Origin: an uncultured Clostridium sp.
GTDB taxonomy: Bacteria; Bacillota; Clostridia; TANB77; CAG-508
Length of the DNA: 64,000 bases
Reading direction: 5' to 3'
Assembly (NCBI GenBank): GCA_946495905.1
Contig: CAMMEP010000001.1
Span: forward strand, 9,089-73,088
The stretch's first letter is position 1. Each line of letters starts with the position of its first letter. A model generated the notes under the pieces. It had not been told where the DNA came from, did no database searches, and saw only the letters and a list, made by a program, of their open reading frames with translations. The translations under genes and the position numbers were made by a program. This document shows positions 17,787-28,398 of this stretch, one piece after another.

Positions 17787-18023
17787 TAAACTTAAAATTA
17801 GGCTAGCTATTAACAAATAAAATCACTCTTTCATATAAGGTCATGATAGACTAAGCAAAGAAGAAACTTTAAAGGAAATATATAGATTGTTAAATGTATA
17901 AGAAGAAGTCTTTTTAGATTTCTTCTTTTTATGTGGATTATTTATTTAATCTGTGTTATACTTGATACGAAATTTTATATCGATAGGAATTATAAAAGAG
18001 CAATAATAAGGAGGAATACATAT

Positions 18024-19157
18024 ATGAGTAAACATTATTTTACATCAGAAAGTGTAACAGAAGGACATCCAGATAAATTATGTGATTTAATATCAGATAG
18101 TATTTTAGATGAATGTTTAAAACAAGATAAAGATTCAAGAGTAGCAGTAGAGACTTTTGCAGCTGGAAATACAATAACGATTGCAGGCCAAATAACATCT
18201 AAGGCAGAGTTTGATGTAGAGGAGATAGTAAGAAAAACAATACAAGAAATTGGTTATGATAATGCAGAAACTGATATGGATTATAAGACATGCAAGATAG
18301 ATATTAATATTACAAAGCAAAGTCCAGATATTGCTATGGGAGTAGATATTGGCGGTGCAGGTGACCAAGGAATTATGTTTGGCTATGCATCTGATGAAAC
18401 AGAAAATTACATGCCTTATGCAATTAACATGGCACATAAATTATCTAAAAGATTAACAGAAGTTAGAAAAAAAGGAATTATACCATATTTAAGACCAGAT
18501 GGAAAGGTGCAAGTGACAGTAGAGTATGAAGATGACAAACCAAAAAGAATAGAAACTATTCTTATTTCTACACAGCACAATGCAGAGATAAGCCAAAAAA
18601 CTTTAAAAGAAGATGTGATAGAATACATAATTAATGCTATTGTTCCAACAGATATGATGGACGAAAACATCAAAATATATGTAAACCCAACAGGAAGATT
18701 TGTAATAGGGGGACCATTAGGAGATACTGGACTTACTGGAAGGAAAATAATCGTAGATACTTATGGTGGATATGCAAGACATGGAGGAGGAGCTTTTTCT
18801 GGAAAAGATGCTAGCAAAGTTGACCGTAGTGCAGCATATATGCTTCGTCATATTGCAAAAAATATAGTAGCAAATGGGTATGCAAAAAAATGTGAAATAC
18901 AAGTTTCGTATGCGATTGGCATGAAAGAACCTTTATCAATCTATATTAATACCTTTGGAACAGGCAAAAAATCAGAGGAAGAATTAGTAGAAATGATAAA
19001 AAATAACTTTGATTTAACACCAAAAGGAATGATAGACTATTTAGGCTTACAAGAACCAATCTTTACCAAAACAACAAATTATGGACATTTTGGAAAAGAC
19101 AATTTGCCATGGGAGAAAATAATAGATTTGAGCTACGCAGAAAGGACACAGAAATGA
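18024..19157 (+). CDS. metK: S-adenosylmethionine synthetase
   Basis: [33 protein letters not shown] and [18 protein letters not shown] are canonical MetK motifs. AGGAGG RBS. The listed ORF's N-terminal extension is rejected. Confidence 0.95.
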   Translation: MSKHYFTSESVTEGHPDKLCDLISDSILDECLKQDKDSRVAVETFAAGNTITIAGQITSKAEFDVEEIVRKTIQEIGYDNAETDMDYKTCKIDINITKQSPDIAMGVDIGGAGDQGIMFGYASDETENYMPYAINMAHKLSKRLTEVRKKGIIPYLRPDGKVQVTVEYEDDKPKRIETILISTQHNAEISQKTLKEDVIEYIINAIVPTDMMDENIKIYVNPTGRFVIGGPLGDTGLTGRKIIVDTYGGYARHGGGAFSGKDASKVDRSAAYMLRHIAKNIVANGYAKKCEIQVSYAIGMKEPLSIYINTFGTGKKSEEELVEMIKNNFDLTPKGMIDYLGLQEPIFTKTTNYGHFGKDNLPWEKIIDLSYAERTQK

Positions 19158-21115
19158 ACTACAAAATAGTAAATGGCTCTATTTCGTTTGGGGCTGAAAC
19201 AATATTAGAAGAAATAAATTTTGAAATAAAAGAAAAAGATAAAATTGCTATTGTAGGTAGAAATGGAAGTGGAAAAACCACATTTTTAAAAGCGATAGTA
19301 GATAATTCTATGCTAGAAGAAGGAATTGGAGAGGAAAAATTTGGAGTATATAAGCAAGGTTCTCCTAGCATAGGTTATTTAAAACAAATGGAGTTTGAAG
19401 ATTCTAATGATACTATGCTAGATGAAATTTTAAAAGTATATGAACCAATTCTTAACTTAGAGAAGAAAATTGAAAAGCTAGCAAAGGAGCTACAAAACTC
19501 GCAAGATGAAAATTTGATTAAAGATTATACCAATTCTTTAGATAGATTTGAGCAAATAGGTGGTTATACTTACAAAAAAGAATATGAAATAGCGATTAAG
19601 AAATTTGGTTTTACAGAAGAAGATAAAGTTAAAAAGATGAATCAGTTTTCTGGAGGACAAAGAACTAAAATCGCTTTTTTGAAGCTACTACTTAGTAAGC
19701 CAGATATTTTGTTATTAGATGAACCAACTAACCATTTAGATATTACAGCAATAGAATGGTTAGAAGGGTATCTCAAAGATTATCCTAATGCGGTTGTAAT
19801 TGTATCCCATGATAGAATGTTTTTAGACCAGATTGTAAACAAAGTGTATGAAATAGAATATGCAACCATGACAGAATACGTGGGAAACTATACAAAATTT
19901 GAAGAGCAAAAAAGAGCGAATTATGAAAAACAGCGAAAAGACTATGAATATCAACAGGCAGAAATTAAAAGACTAAAAGCCATAGCAGATAGATTTAGGT
20001 ACAAGCCTACGAAAGCAAAAATGGCATTATCAAAATTAAAGCAAATAGAAAGAATGACAATAATTGAAGAACCAAGCAAATATGATTTGAAAACATTTCA
20101 TACGAATTTTGAGCTAAAGACAGAAAGTGGAAAGATGGTACTTACTGTAAAGAATCTACAAATAGGATATGATAACCCAATTTCCGAAGTATCATTTGAA
20201 CTTTTTAGAGGGCAAAAATTGGCTATTATTGGAGAAAACGGAATTGGAAAATCTACCTTGCTGAAAACTTTAAATGGAGATATACCAAAACTTGGTGGAG
20301 AATTCGAATTTGGATATCATGTAGAAAAAGGGTATTTTGACCAGCAAATGGAATTCTCTAATCCAGAAAATACTGTATTTGATGAGTTTTATGAAAGTTT
20401 TCCTAACCTTACAACAACGCAAATACGAACTATTTTAGGCACCTTTTTGTTCTCAGGAGAAGATGTATTTAAGAAAATAAAAGTATTATCAGGAGGAGAG
20501 AGAGGACGCTTACAATTATGTAAAATTTTCAAAAAAGGTCCTAATTTATTATTACTAGATGAACCAACCAACCATATGGATATTGTAGGTAAAGAAAGTT
20601 TAGAAAATATCTTAAAAGAATACAAAGGTACATTAATATTTGTTTCTCATGATCGATATTTTGTAAATAAAATAGCAGATTCTTTATTAATATTCGAGAA
20701 GGATAAAGTTACATATTTTAGTGGAACTTATGAAGAATATAGAAGGAAAAGTAAGGAACAAGAAGAAATAGCAGAGAATGCTGTTATACTTGAAAAGACA
20801 AGAAACACTAATATAAAATATGCAGTGCAGGAAAACGACATATCCGCTTCTAGTTCTAATAAGAAAGAAAATTCCTATTTTATAAATAAAGAGAAAAACA
20901 AAATGAAAAATAAGATTAGCAAATTAGAAAGTGAAATTGAAGAAAAAGAGAAACAGATTGAGACATTACAAAAAGAGATGCTACAAGAAGAAATAAGTAC
21001 AGACTATGTAAAATTAAAGGAATTGCAAGATAAAATTCAAGAGTTGAATAATGAAATAGAAAGCAAAATGTTAGAATGGGAAGAAATAAATACCCAATTA
21101 GAAAACTTTTCTTAA
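19154..21115 (+). CDS. ABC-F family ATPase (two ABC domains, no TMD; C-terminal coiled-coil tail)
   Basis: Two Walker A ([18 protein letters not shown]), two ABC signatures ([16 protein letters not shown]) and an inter-domain linker. The start overlaps the metK stop (ATGA). Confidence 0.85.
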   Translation: MNYKIVNGSISFGAETILEEINFEIKEKDKIAIVGRNGSGKTTFLKAIVDNSMLEEGIGEEKFGVYKQGSPSIGYLKQMEFEDSNDTMLDEILKVYEPILNLEKKIEKLAKELQNSQDENLIKDYTNSLDRFEQIGGYTYKKEYEIAIKKFGFTEEDKVKKMNQFSGGQRTKIAFLKLLLSKPDILLLDEPTNHLDITAIEWLEGYLKDYPNAVVIVSHDRMFLDQIVNKVYEIEYATMTEYVGNYTKFEEQKRANYEKQRKDYEYQQAEIKRLKAIADRFRYKPTKAKMALSKLKQIERMTIIEEPSKYDLKTFHTNFELKTESGKMVLTVKNLQIGYDNPISEVSFELFRGQKLAIIGENGIGKSTLLKTLNGDIPKLGGEFEFGYHVEKGYFDQQMEFSNPENTVFDEFYESFPNLTTTQIRTILGTFLFSGEDVFKKIKVLSGGERGRLQLCKIFKKGPNLLLLDEPTNHMDIVGKESLENILKEYKGTLIFVSHDRYFVNKIADSLLIFEKDKVTYFSGTYEEYRRKSKEQEEIAENAVILEKTRNTNIKYAVQENDISASSSNKKENSYFINKEKNKMKNKISKLESEIEEKEKQIETLQKEMLQEEISTDYVKLKELQDKIQELNNEIESKMLEWEEINTQLENFS

Positions 21116-21181
21116 TTGTCAAAATTTTATTCTTATGCTAGAATAAAAATGCAATAAACAGAAAAGAATGGAGAAAAATAA

Positions 21182-22618
21182 ATGAGAATAGGAATCGATA
21201 TTGATAATGTAATTTCAAACTTTAATGATGTCCTTTTGAAAGAATATTTAAAACATGATAAAGAGTTAAGAAATACGGGGATAATTGATAATTCTCCCTA
21301 CTATATAACAAAAGGAATGTTTGACTGGTCACAAGAAGAAAATGATGACTTTTACTATGCTAATATTCAAAGAATAGCAAAAAGTTTAAAACCCTTAAGA
21401 AATGCAAAACAAACAATTGATAAATTGAAGCAAGATGGGAATGAAATTTATATTATATCCTCACGTGATAATGGTGAATATATCAACCCATATGAAATGA
21501 CAGTCGAATGGCTTGAAAAATATGATATAAAATATGATAAGCTTATTCTTACAGATAAGTACCAAAAATGGCCAGTATGTAAAGAATATAAAATAGATAT
21601 TATGATAGAAGATAGTATAAGAAATTGTGAAGATATAGAAAATAACGGTGTTAAATGTTTCATTATGGACACAAGATATAATAAAGATGAAACAAGGTTT
21701 GAAAGGGTAAAAAATTGGAGAGAAATTTATTCGAAAATTTCTGAAAGGTATCCTAAGAAAGAAATCAATAAGATAAATGTAATCTTAGATACGGATACCT
21801 ATAATGAGTGTGATGACCAATTTGCAATTAGTTACCTCATAAAATCACAGGACCGCTTCAACATAGAAGCAATTACGATAGCTCCTTATCATCATGATAA
21901 TGATATAAACATAGAAGAAGGACAAGAAAAAAGCTATCAAGAAGCATTGAAGATTTGCAAATGGCTAAATTTTGATGGAGAGAATAAGATTTATAAAGGT
22001 TCAACGGACTATATCGAAGAAGGATATAATGAAGCTAATGATGCAGTAGAAAAAATAATAGAAATAGCAAGGAAAAAAGAGAAAACATATATTATAGCAA
22101 TTGGTGCAATAACAAATATAGCACTAGCAATAAAAAAGGCACCGGACATCATAAGCAAGATTGAAATAGTATGGCTTGGCGGTCATAGTCCACTTTATAT
22201 GAATAATGACGAATTCAATTTTAGACAAGATGTACAAGCTATAAAGGAGATCTTTGAATCAAAAGTTAATTTAACAATTATTCCTTGCAAAGGTGTTGCA
22301 TCTAACTTAAAAATATCAATATTTGAATTAGGACATTATTTAAAAGGAAAAAGTGAGTTATGTGACTATTTATGTGGCAGATTTTATAATGACGGAATAC
22401 ATGGAATTCAAATTAGAAGACCAATCTGGGATATTAGTGCAGTAGCATATTTAATTAATAAAAATTGGTTTGAGGAGCGAGTAATAGATTGCCCAGAAAT
22501 AAATAAAGATTTAAGTTATACTTTTAACAAAAATGGTAGAAAAATAACTATGGTAACTTATTTGAATTCGGATAAGATATACGAAGATTTATTTAGTAAA
22601 TTAGTAGAAAAAGGATAG
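21182..22618 (+). CDS. fusion protein: N-terminal 5'(3')-deoxyribonucleotidase-like HAD domain (NT5C family) plus C-terminal inosine-uridine-preferring nucleoside hydrolase (IUNH) domain
   Basis: N-terminus IGIDIDNV (DxDxV HAD motif). C-terminal domain starts VILDTDTYNECDD, the IUNH DxDxxxDD aspartate cluster. Confidence 0.6.
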   Translation: MRIGIDIDNVISNFNDVLLKEYLKHDKELRNTGIIDNSPYYITKGMFDWSQEENDDFYYANIQRIAKSLKPLRNAKQTIDKLKQDGNEIYIISSRDNGEYINPYEMTVEWLEKYDIKYDKLILTDKYQKWPVCKEYKIDIMIEDSIRNCEDIENNGVKCFIMDTRYNKDETRFERVKNWREIYSKISERYPKKEINKINVILDTDTYNECDDQFAISYLIKSQDRFNIEAITIAPYHHDNDINIEEGQEKSYQEALKICKWLNFDGENKIYKGSTDYIEEGYNEANDAVEKIIEIARKKEKTYIIAIGAITNIALAIKKAPDIISKIEIVWLGGHSPLYMNNDEFNFRQDVQAIKEIFESKVNLTIIPCKGVASNLKISIFELGHYLKGKSELCDYLCGRFYNDGIHGIQIRRPIWDISAVAYLINKNWFEERVIDCPEINKDLSYTFNKNGRKITMVTYLNSDKIYEDLFSKLVEKG

Positions 22619-22620
22619 AA

Positions 22621-23508
22621 ATGGAAGATTTATTAATAGAAAAAGATAATATAGAAAAAGCATTAGCATTTTACAATATAGATATAGAAGATTATAAAAA
22701 TAGGTGCTATAAATGTTTTGATGACATTCATAAGAATAATGAATTGAAAACCAGAATAAATAATGTACTGAAATTATTATATAGTCATGAAAGTGAACAA
22801 CTGAAATTATTATGGAACGAAAATGATTTGTGTAAATTTTTAGGAGAATCCTATAATAAATTTATTCATACCATTATACTCTTATCAGGTTATGAAATAC
22901 ATCAAGAAAACATGAATAAATATAAATTTGATACATATCAAGTTTTAGTACATAAAAACAGAGTGAAAGAATGTTTAATGAATGACATATATAATAGAAA
23001 ATTAGAAGGAATTAGGTTGTCTCAGGTTTTATGGGGAATATATTTCATAACTATTAGATTAATAGAAGTTGGAAGATTGCAGTATGAATATTGTAATAAT
23101 AAAAAAGGAGAATATATTAAAATACATATACCAAAAGGAGATAAACTACTTTATAATGAAGTATTGAATTCCATAAAAAATTCTAAAAAAGAAATAAATA
23201 AATACTTTAAAATACAAAATTACGAATATTATTGTGAATCATGGCTATTGAGTAAAGAAATAGCGAAACTATTAGATAGCAATTCAAATATTGCTAAATT
23301 TCAACAATTATTTGATATAACTGAAGGAAAAAATGCAATTAAGGATATTTTAAATTTCGTTTATGATTTGCAACATATAAATAGTTATTATGACTTACCA
23401 GAAAGAACAAGTCTACAATCAAAAATAAAAGACTTATTACTTGACGGGAAAGTAATTCACATTGGAATAGGAAAATTAAAAAATGATAAATTAATAATGA
23501 ATGATTAA
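22621..23508 (+). CDS. hypothetical protein (translationally coupled to upstream fusion gene)
   Basis: Start 3 nt after the upstream stop. I recognise no confident family. Confidence 0.45.
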   Translation: MEDLLIEKDNIEKALAFYNIDIEDYKNRCYKCFDDIHKNNELKTRINNVLKLLYSHESEQLKLLWNENDLCKFLGESYNKFIHTIILLSGYEIHQENMNKYKFDTYQVLVHKNRVKECLMNDIYNRKLEGIRLSQVLWGIYFITIRLIEVGRLQYEYCNNKKGEYIKIHIPKGDKLLYNEVLNSIKNSKKEINKYFKIQNYEYYCESWLLSKEIAKLLDSNSNIAKFQQLFDITEGKNAIKDILNFVYDLQHINSYYDLPERTSLQSKIKDLLLDGKVIHIGIGKLKNDKLIMND

Positions 23509-23520
23509 AAGGGGTAAAAA

Positions 23521-24129
23521 ATGAAATTAACAAGCAAAGAAGCAAAAGAAATACTAGAAAGTTACAGAGGGAAAACAATAAATGATAAATGGATAGACCA
23601 TTGTATTTATGTAGGAGATACAGCAGGAAAAATCGCTGAAGCTATAAAAGAAAAAGGATATATTATAGATGTTGATAAAACAATAACTCTTGGATATGTT
23701 CATGATATTGGAAAATATAGTGGTGAATCTCATGGACATGTTATGAGAGGATATAATTATCTAAAGGAAAGAGGATATGATGCAGAATATTGTAATATTT
23801 GCTTAACACATTCCTATTTGAATAATGATATTATTTGTACAGCTGGTGGTGTTCCGAATCAAAATGAGAATCCATTTCTAACAGAGTTTATAAAAAAACA
23901 TGAATACACAATGGAAGAAAAAATAATTAATTTGTGTGATTTGATGTGTCCACCAGGAGGAAGAGTATATACAATAGACAAGAGATTAATAGACATTATA
24001 ATTAGAAGAGGAGCTTATACAAATACGCAATACCATGTTAAAGAAACATATAAATTAAAAGAGTATTTTGATAATTTATTAGGTTATAATTTATATGATT
24101 TATTTCCAGAAATAAAAGATAACTTATAA
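23521..24129 (+). CDS. HDIG domain phosphohydrolase
   Basis: HCIYVGDTAG...VHDIGK...HGHVMRGY matches the HD/HDIG metal-binding motifs. Confidence 0.65.
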   Translation: MKLTSKEAKEILESYRGKTINDKWIDHCIYVGDTAGKIAEAIKEKGYIIDVDKTITLGYVHDIGKYSGESHGHVMRGYNYLKERGYDAEYCNICLTHSYLNNDIICTAGGVPNQNENPFLTEFIKKHEYTMEEKIINLCDLMCPPGGRVYTIDKRLIDIIIRRGAYTNTQYHVKETYKLKEYFDNLLGYNLYDLFPEIKDNL

Positions 24130-24166
24130 AGTACATAAAAAGATAAAAGTATAGGAGATGATATAA

Positions 24167-24943
24167 TTGAATACTGCAATTGGACTTTTAATTCCATTTT
24201 TAGGAACAATGCTTGGCTCTGCTATGGTATTTTTCATGCGAAAAGAAATTAATAAAAAATTAGAAAGGTTATTATTAGGGTTTGCAGCTGGAGTAATGAT
24301 TGCAGCTTCTATTTGGTCTCTTCTTATTCCAGCAATGGATATGGCAGAAGAACAAGGAGAAATAACTTGGCTTCCGGCAGCAATTGGTTTTAGTTTAGGA
24401 ATTCTTTTTTTACTTGCTTTGGACCATATCATACCACATTTGCATTTAAAGAAAAGTAAACCAGAAGGAATTAAATCAAAATTAAAAAATTCTACAATGA
24501 TGGTTTTAGCAGTAACTCTTCATAATATTCCAGAAGGAATGGCTACTGGAGTTGTATTTGCTGGATTAATGACACAAAATTCAGGGATTACTTTTGCGGG
24601 AGCGCTTGCATTAGCAATTGGTATAGCTATACAAAACTTTCCAGAAGGAGCTATTATTTCAATGCCATTAAGAGCAGAAGGAGTATCTAAACCAAAAGCG
24701 TTTCTATATGGAATGTTATCTGGAATAGTAGAGCCTATTGCTGCCGCTGTAACTATTTTAATTACAAGCACAGTGTTACCAATACTTCCCTATATATTAT
24801 CCTTTGCAGCAGGTGCAATGATTTACGTTGTAGTAGAAGAATTAATTCCAGAAGCACAAGAAGGCGAGCATTCCGACATTGGTACCATAGGAGTAGCAAT
24901 AGGTTTTGTGCTAATGATGGTATTAGATATAGCATTGGGATAG
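24167..24943 (+). CDS. ZIP family metal (zinc) transporter
   Basis: HNIPEG and FPEGAI motifs in TM helices, as in ZupT. Apparent TTG start with a GGAGATG RBS. Confidence 0.7.
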   Translation: MNTAIGLLIPFLGTMLGSAMVFFMRKEINKKLERLLLGFAAGVMIAASIWSLLIPAMDMAEEQGEITWLPAAIGFSLGILFLLALDHIIPHLHLKKSKPEGIKSKLKNSTMMVLAVTLHNIPEGMATGVVFAGLMTQNSGITFAGALALAIGIAIQNFPEGAIISMPLRAEGVSKPKAFLYGMLSGIVEPIAAAVTILITSTVLPILPYILSFAAGAMIYVVVEELIPEAQEGEHSDIGTIGVAIGFVLMMVLDIALG

Positions 24944-24964
24944 AAAATAAATAAGGAGAGAATC

Positions 24965-25960
24965 ATGTCACTAATTGAAGTAGAAAATTTAGTAAAAACG
25001 TATAAAATAATACAAAAAGATGATGGCTTGCTAGGATATTTTAAAAATTTAGTAAAGCCAAAATATAAAGAAATTACTGCAGTGAAGGGAGTTAATTTCA
25101 AACTAGAAGAAGGAGAATTGGTTGGCTATATAGGAGAAAATGGAGCAGGAAAATCTACTACGATAAAAATGCTTACAGGTTTACTTACACCAACCTCTGG
25201 TAAGGTTGTAGTAGATGGAATTATTCCATATGAAAAAAGAATTCAAAACAATAAAAATATAGGAGCTGTATTTGGACAAAAAACACAATTATGGTGGGAC
25301 TTGCCTGTTATAGAATCTTTTCAATTGATAAAACAAATGTATAAAATACCAGATGGGGAATATAGAAAGAATTTAAAGAAATTTACAGAGCTATTGGAAT
25401 TAAAAGAATTGTTAGATAAACAAGTTAAAAATTTAAGTTTAGGACAAAAAATGAGATGTGAAATTGCAGCTACTTTTATTCATAATCCGAAGATTGTATA
25501 TTTAGATGAACCAACTATTGGATTAGATGTATTTGTGAAAGAAAATATAAGGAAATTTATCAAAGATATTAATAAAGAGAAAAATACTACCGTAATTTTA
25601 ACAACACATGATTTAAAGGATATTGAGGACGTTTGCAATCGAATTATCTTATTAGATCAAGGAGAGATTATTTATGATGGAGAAAAACAGAAATTCAAAG
25701 ATGCGTATGGAAAATATATTTTTGCAGAGTTTGTTGTTAGTAATAAAAATAATTCACTTAATGAAAATATAAAAACAAGTACTTTTGAGATAATAGAAGA
25801 AACAGATACGAATATAAAGATTAGATTTAATCATGAAAAAATTACTATAATGCAAATTATGAATGAAATATCAAAATATTGCATGGTTGAAGACATACAT
25901 ATGAGAGAATCAGAACTAGAAGATATCCTAAAAGAAATATATAAAGGAGCACATCAATGA
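24965..25960 (+). CDS. ABC transporter ATP-binding protein (ABC-2 exporter type)
   Basis: Walker A GENGAGKST, signature LSLGQKMR and Walker B VYLDEPT. Confidence 0.85.
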   Translation: MSLIEVENLVKTYKIIQKDDGLLGYFKNLVKPKYKEITAVKGVNFKLEEGELVGYIGENGAGKSTTIKMLTGLLTPTSGKVVVDGIIPYEKRIQNNKNIGAVFGQKTQLWWDLPVIESFQLIKQMYKIPDGEYRKNLKKFTELLELKELLDKQVKNLSLGQKMRCEIAATFIHNPKIVYLDEPTIGLDVFVKENIRKFIKDINKEKNTTVILTTHDLKDIEDVCNRIILLDQGEIIYDGEKQKFKDAYGKYIFAEFVVSNKNNSLNENIKTSTFEIIEETDTNIKIRFNHEKITIMQIMNEISKYCMVEDIHMRESELEDILKEIYKGAHQ

Positions 25961-26748
25961 TAAAAACAATGTTAACATTAGCTAAAATGCAACTAAATCA
26001 ATATACTATCTATAAATCTAATTTCTATTTATTTAGTTTAAATCGATTGATGGAAGTAGTAGTATATTTATTTGTATGGCAAGCAATTTATTTGCAGACA
26101 GGTGATGCAGGAGGTTTTACTCTATCACAAATGGTCACTTATTATATTCTTGTAGTTTCCATAACCCCAATTGTATTATGGGGAGTTAACGAAGATATGG
26201 GGCATTCAATAAGAACAGGTAGAATTAATAAAGAGCTATTAAATCCAATATCGTATTTTAAATATTATTTTGGTGTGGATTTAGGAGAAATAGCTTTTGC
26301 AGTAGTAGTGGGAATTGCTGTATTCATTGTTTGTGCTATTTTTTGGGAAGTAACTCTGCCAGTAAGTTTTCTAAATTTTGTTATATTTTTATTTGTTATT
26401 TTATTGGGAATTCCTATTACTTTTTTCTTGCAAATGATTGCAGGAACGATTGGATTTTATTCAGAATCCATTTGGGGAATACAAATATTACGAAAATCTA
26501 TTATCTCCATATTTTCAGGAGTAATAGCACCGATTACCTTATTTCCACAGTGGTTCCAAAATATTGCGAATATACTACCATTTCAAGAATTAATTTATAC
26601 ACCAATTAATATTTGGTTGGGGGAATTTGATATGAGCACTTTATATTTTGTAATTTTAAAACAAATAATTTGGATTATTATTTTATATTTTGTATCTAAA
26701 AAATTCTTTGAACATGCTGTTAAGAAAATTACAATAAATGGAGGATAA
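25957..26748 (+). CDS. ABC-2 family transporter permease
   Basis: Hydrophobic 6-TM-like protein. ATGA overlap with the upstream ATPase gene. Confidence 0.6.
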   Translation: MIKTMLTLAKMQLNQYTIYKSNFYLFSLNRLMEVVVYLFVWQAIYLQTGDAGGFTLSQMVTYYILVVSITPIVLWGVNEDMGHSIRTGRINKELLNPISYFKYYFGVDLGEIAFAVVVGIAVFIVCAIFWEVTLPVSFLNFVIFLFVILLGIPITFFLQMIAGTIGFYSESIWGIQILRKSIISIFSGVIAPITLFPQWFQNIANILPFQELIYTPINIWLGEFDMSTLYFVILKQIIWIIILYFVSKKFFEHAVKKITINGG

Positions 26749-26821
26749 TAACAAAAAATGTAGTAATGAATACATTTATTTTGTGATAGAAATTAAATTA
26801 CTGTATAAAAGAGGGAAAAAA

Positions 26822-27604
26822 ATGAATAATGTAAAATTATATTTTTCTTTTTTAAAGACATCTTTAAAAGAAATGCTTATCTACCGATTAGATTGTGTGG
26901 TAGGAATGGTTTCGCAAATGGTTACACAGGCTGTTGAAATTATATTTATATGGATTGTCTTTCAAAACACGGAAAATTTAGCAGGATGGAATTTTAGTCA
27001 AATAATGCTATTATATGGGATTACACTATTATCATTAGGAATTGCTGATTTTTGCTTTGATGCTTTGTATGATATTGGACCAAAGTATATTCGAGAAGGC
27101 GAATTTGATAAAATTATGTTAAGACCAGTACATCCACTGATTTCTATTATAGGAGCATCAAAAGAATTTACATCACTTGGCTATTTCTTTTTAGGACTTA
27201 TTATTACAATAGTAATGCTTATAAAACTTGCAATACCAATTACTTTCTGGCTTATCTTGAAGATTGTATTTTTTAGCATTATAGGAGCTTTGATTATAGG
27301 CGCTATTAATACTATATTTAGTATAACATCCTTTTGGACGTATCGATCTAATGAATTTATTTGGGCTGCGAATAGAGTATACACTTTTGCGCAGTACCCA
27401 ATTGATATATATAATGGATTTATAAAATTTTTAATAACAGTAGTTTTACCATTTGCCTTTGTTGCATATTTTCCAACAATGAGCTACTTGGGATTTGATA
27501 AATATATGATATATTTATCGCCAATAGTTGCTATTGTTTTATGGATAATAGCAGTAAAGGTATGGAACATGGCATTAAACAAATATAGAAGTACAGGAAA
27601 TTAA
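26822..27604 (+). CDS. ABC-2 family transporter permease (second permease)
   Basis: Hydrophobic. RBS GAGGGAAAAAA before ATG at 26822. The listed ORF's N-terminal extension is unlikely. Confidence 0.55.
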   Translation: MNNVKLYFSFLKTSLKEMLIYRLDCVVGMVSQMVTQAVEIIFIWIVFQNTENLAGWNFSQIMLLYGITLLSLGIADFCFDALYDIGPKYIREGEFDKIMLRPVHPLISIIGASKEFTSLGYFFLGLIITIVMLIKLAIPITFWLILKIVFFSIIGALIIGAINTIFSITSFWTYRSNEFIWAANRVYTFAQYPIDIYNGFIKFLITVVLPFAFVAYFPTMSYLGFDKYMIYLSPIVAIVLWIIAVKVWNMALNKYRSTGN

Positions 27605-27613
27605 GGAGAATAT

Positions 27614-28222
27614 ATGAAAATAAGTGAAATGAAACAGGCTGTCTACCTATTAAATGAAGAGTGGAACTTAGGTAAAAAAGAGGCAAAAGCAGAAGGAAAC
27701 ATTTGTGCATGGATTTATTTAATGGGAATATTAGAAGAAAGTGAAGCAATAGTTACCTACAAAGAAAAAGGAAAGCTAATAGGATTTGCTGGTTATGCAA
27801 AGTGGAAATCAAAGAAACATTTATTAAGAAAAAAACTAGCTAAAATTTTTAAAATAATATTGTCTTTAAGCAGTAAAATTAAAGACAAAAAAGGTTTTAA
27901 ACAATATAGTAATAGCTATGATAACTATATGCCAAAAAAATATGATGGGTATTTTGATGGAGAAGTTTCTATTTTAATCGTGAAAAAAGAATATCGAGGT
28001 AAAGGAATTGGTGAAAATTTATTATTAGAAATATTTCAACTAGCCAAAAATGATAATATGAAGAATTTATCCATACTCACTGACGATTCTTGTAATTATA
28101 AATTTTACGAAAAACATGAATGCAATCAAGTATATAAAACTAAAATTAAAAATTTTGAGACAGATAAATTAGGAAACATACAAGAAGAAAACGCATATGT
28201 ATATGAAAGGAAATTAACATAG
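27614..28222 (+). CDS. GNAT family N-acetyltransferase
   Basis: Acetyl-CoA binding motif KEYRGKGIGENLLLEI. Confidence 0.6.
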   Translation: MKISEMKQAVYLLNEEWNLGKKEAKAEGNICAWIYLMGILEESEAIVTYKEKGKLIGFAGYAKWKSKKHLLRKKLAKIFKIILSLSSKIKDKKGFKQYSNSYDNYMPKKYDGYFDGEVSILIVKKEYRGKGIGENLLLEIFQLAKNDNMKNLSILTDDSCNYKFYEKHECNQVYKTKIKNFETDKLGNIQEENAYVYERKLT

Positions 28223-28262
28223 TAACTCAATAAATAGTAAGAAATATACTCAGATAAAACTT

Positions 28263-28306
28263 AGTCAACCAGTATGAAATAAAATTCATATTGGTTGACT
28301 TTTTTA
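28263..28306 (+). terminator. rho-independent terminator
   Basis: AGTCAACCAGTATGAA...TTCATATTGGTTGACT followed by TTTTTT. Confidence 0.6.
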
Positions 28307-28340
28307 TTATAATCATGTCATAAAAAACAAAAATCTTCTT

Positions 28341-28375
28341 TTGTCACTTACTTGTCACTTTTGAATTTGTATAAT
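28341..28375 (+). promoter_or_regulatory. tandem direct repeats TTGTCACTTAC / TTGTCACTTTT (11-bp periodicity) abutting a TATAAT -10: candidate response-regulator site driving the ABC transporter operon
   Basis: Seen directly. The same arrangement (TTGTCATTTTA/AAGTCACTTTA then TATAAT) precedes the paralogous transporter at 52461-52494. Confidence 0.45.
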
Positions 28376-28398
28376 AATACTAGAAAGGTGTGATAATA

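Noticed and set aside
17790-18023. Looked for a SAM-I (S-box) riboswitch upstream of metK
   Set aside because: No GGTGGAGGGA or GCAACC S-box core motifs, nor other recognisable SAM riboswitch elements, are present. Only a terminator-like hairpin (GAAGAAGTC...GATTTCTTC plus TTTTT) and an artefactual ORF extension are seen.
19109-19153. Upstream in-frame start (19109) for the ABC-F gene
   Set aside because: It would overlap the metK 3' end by 49 nt. The ATG at 19154 forms a typical ATGA stop/start overlap and yields a conventional ABC-F N-terminus. Both remain possible.
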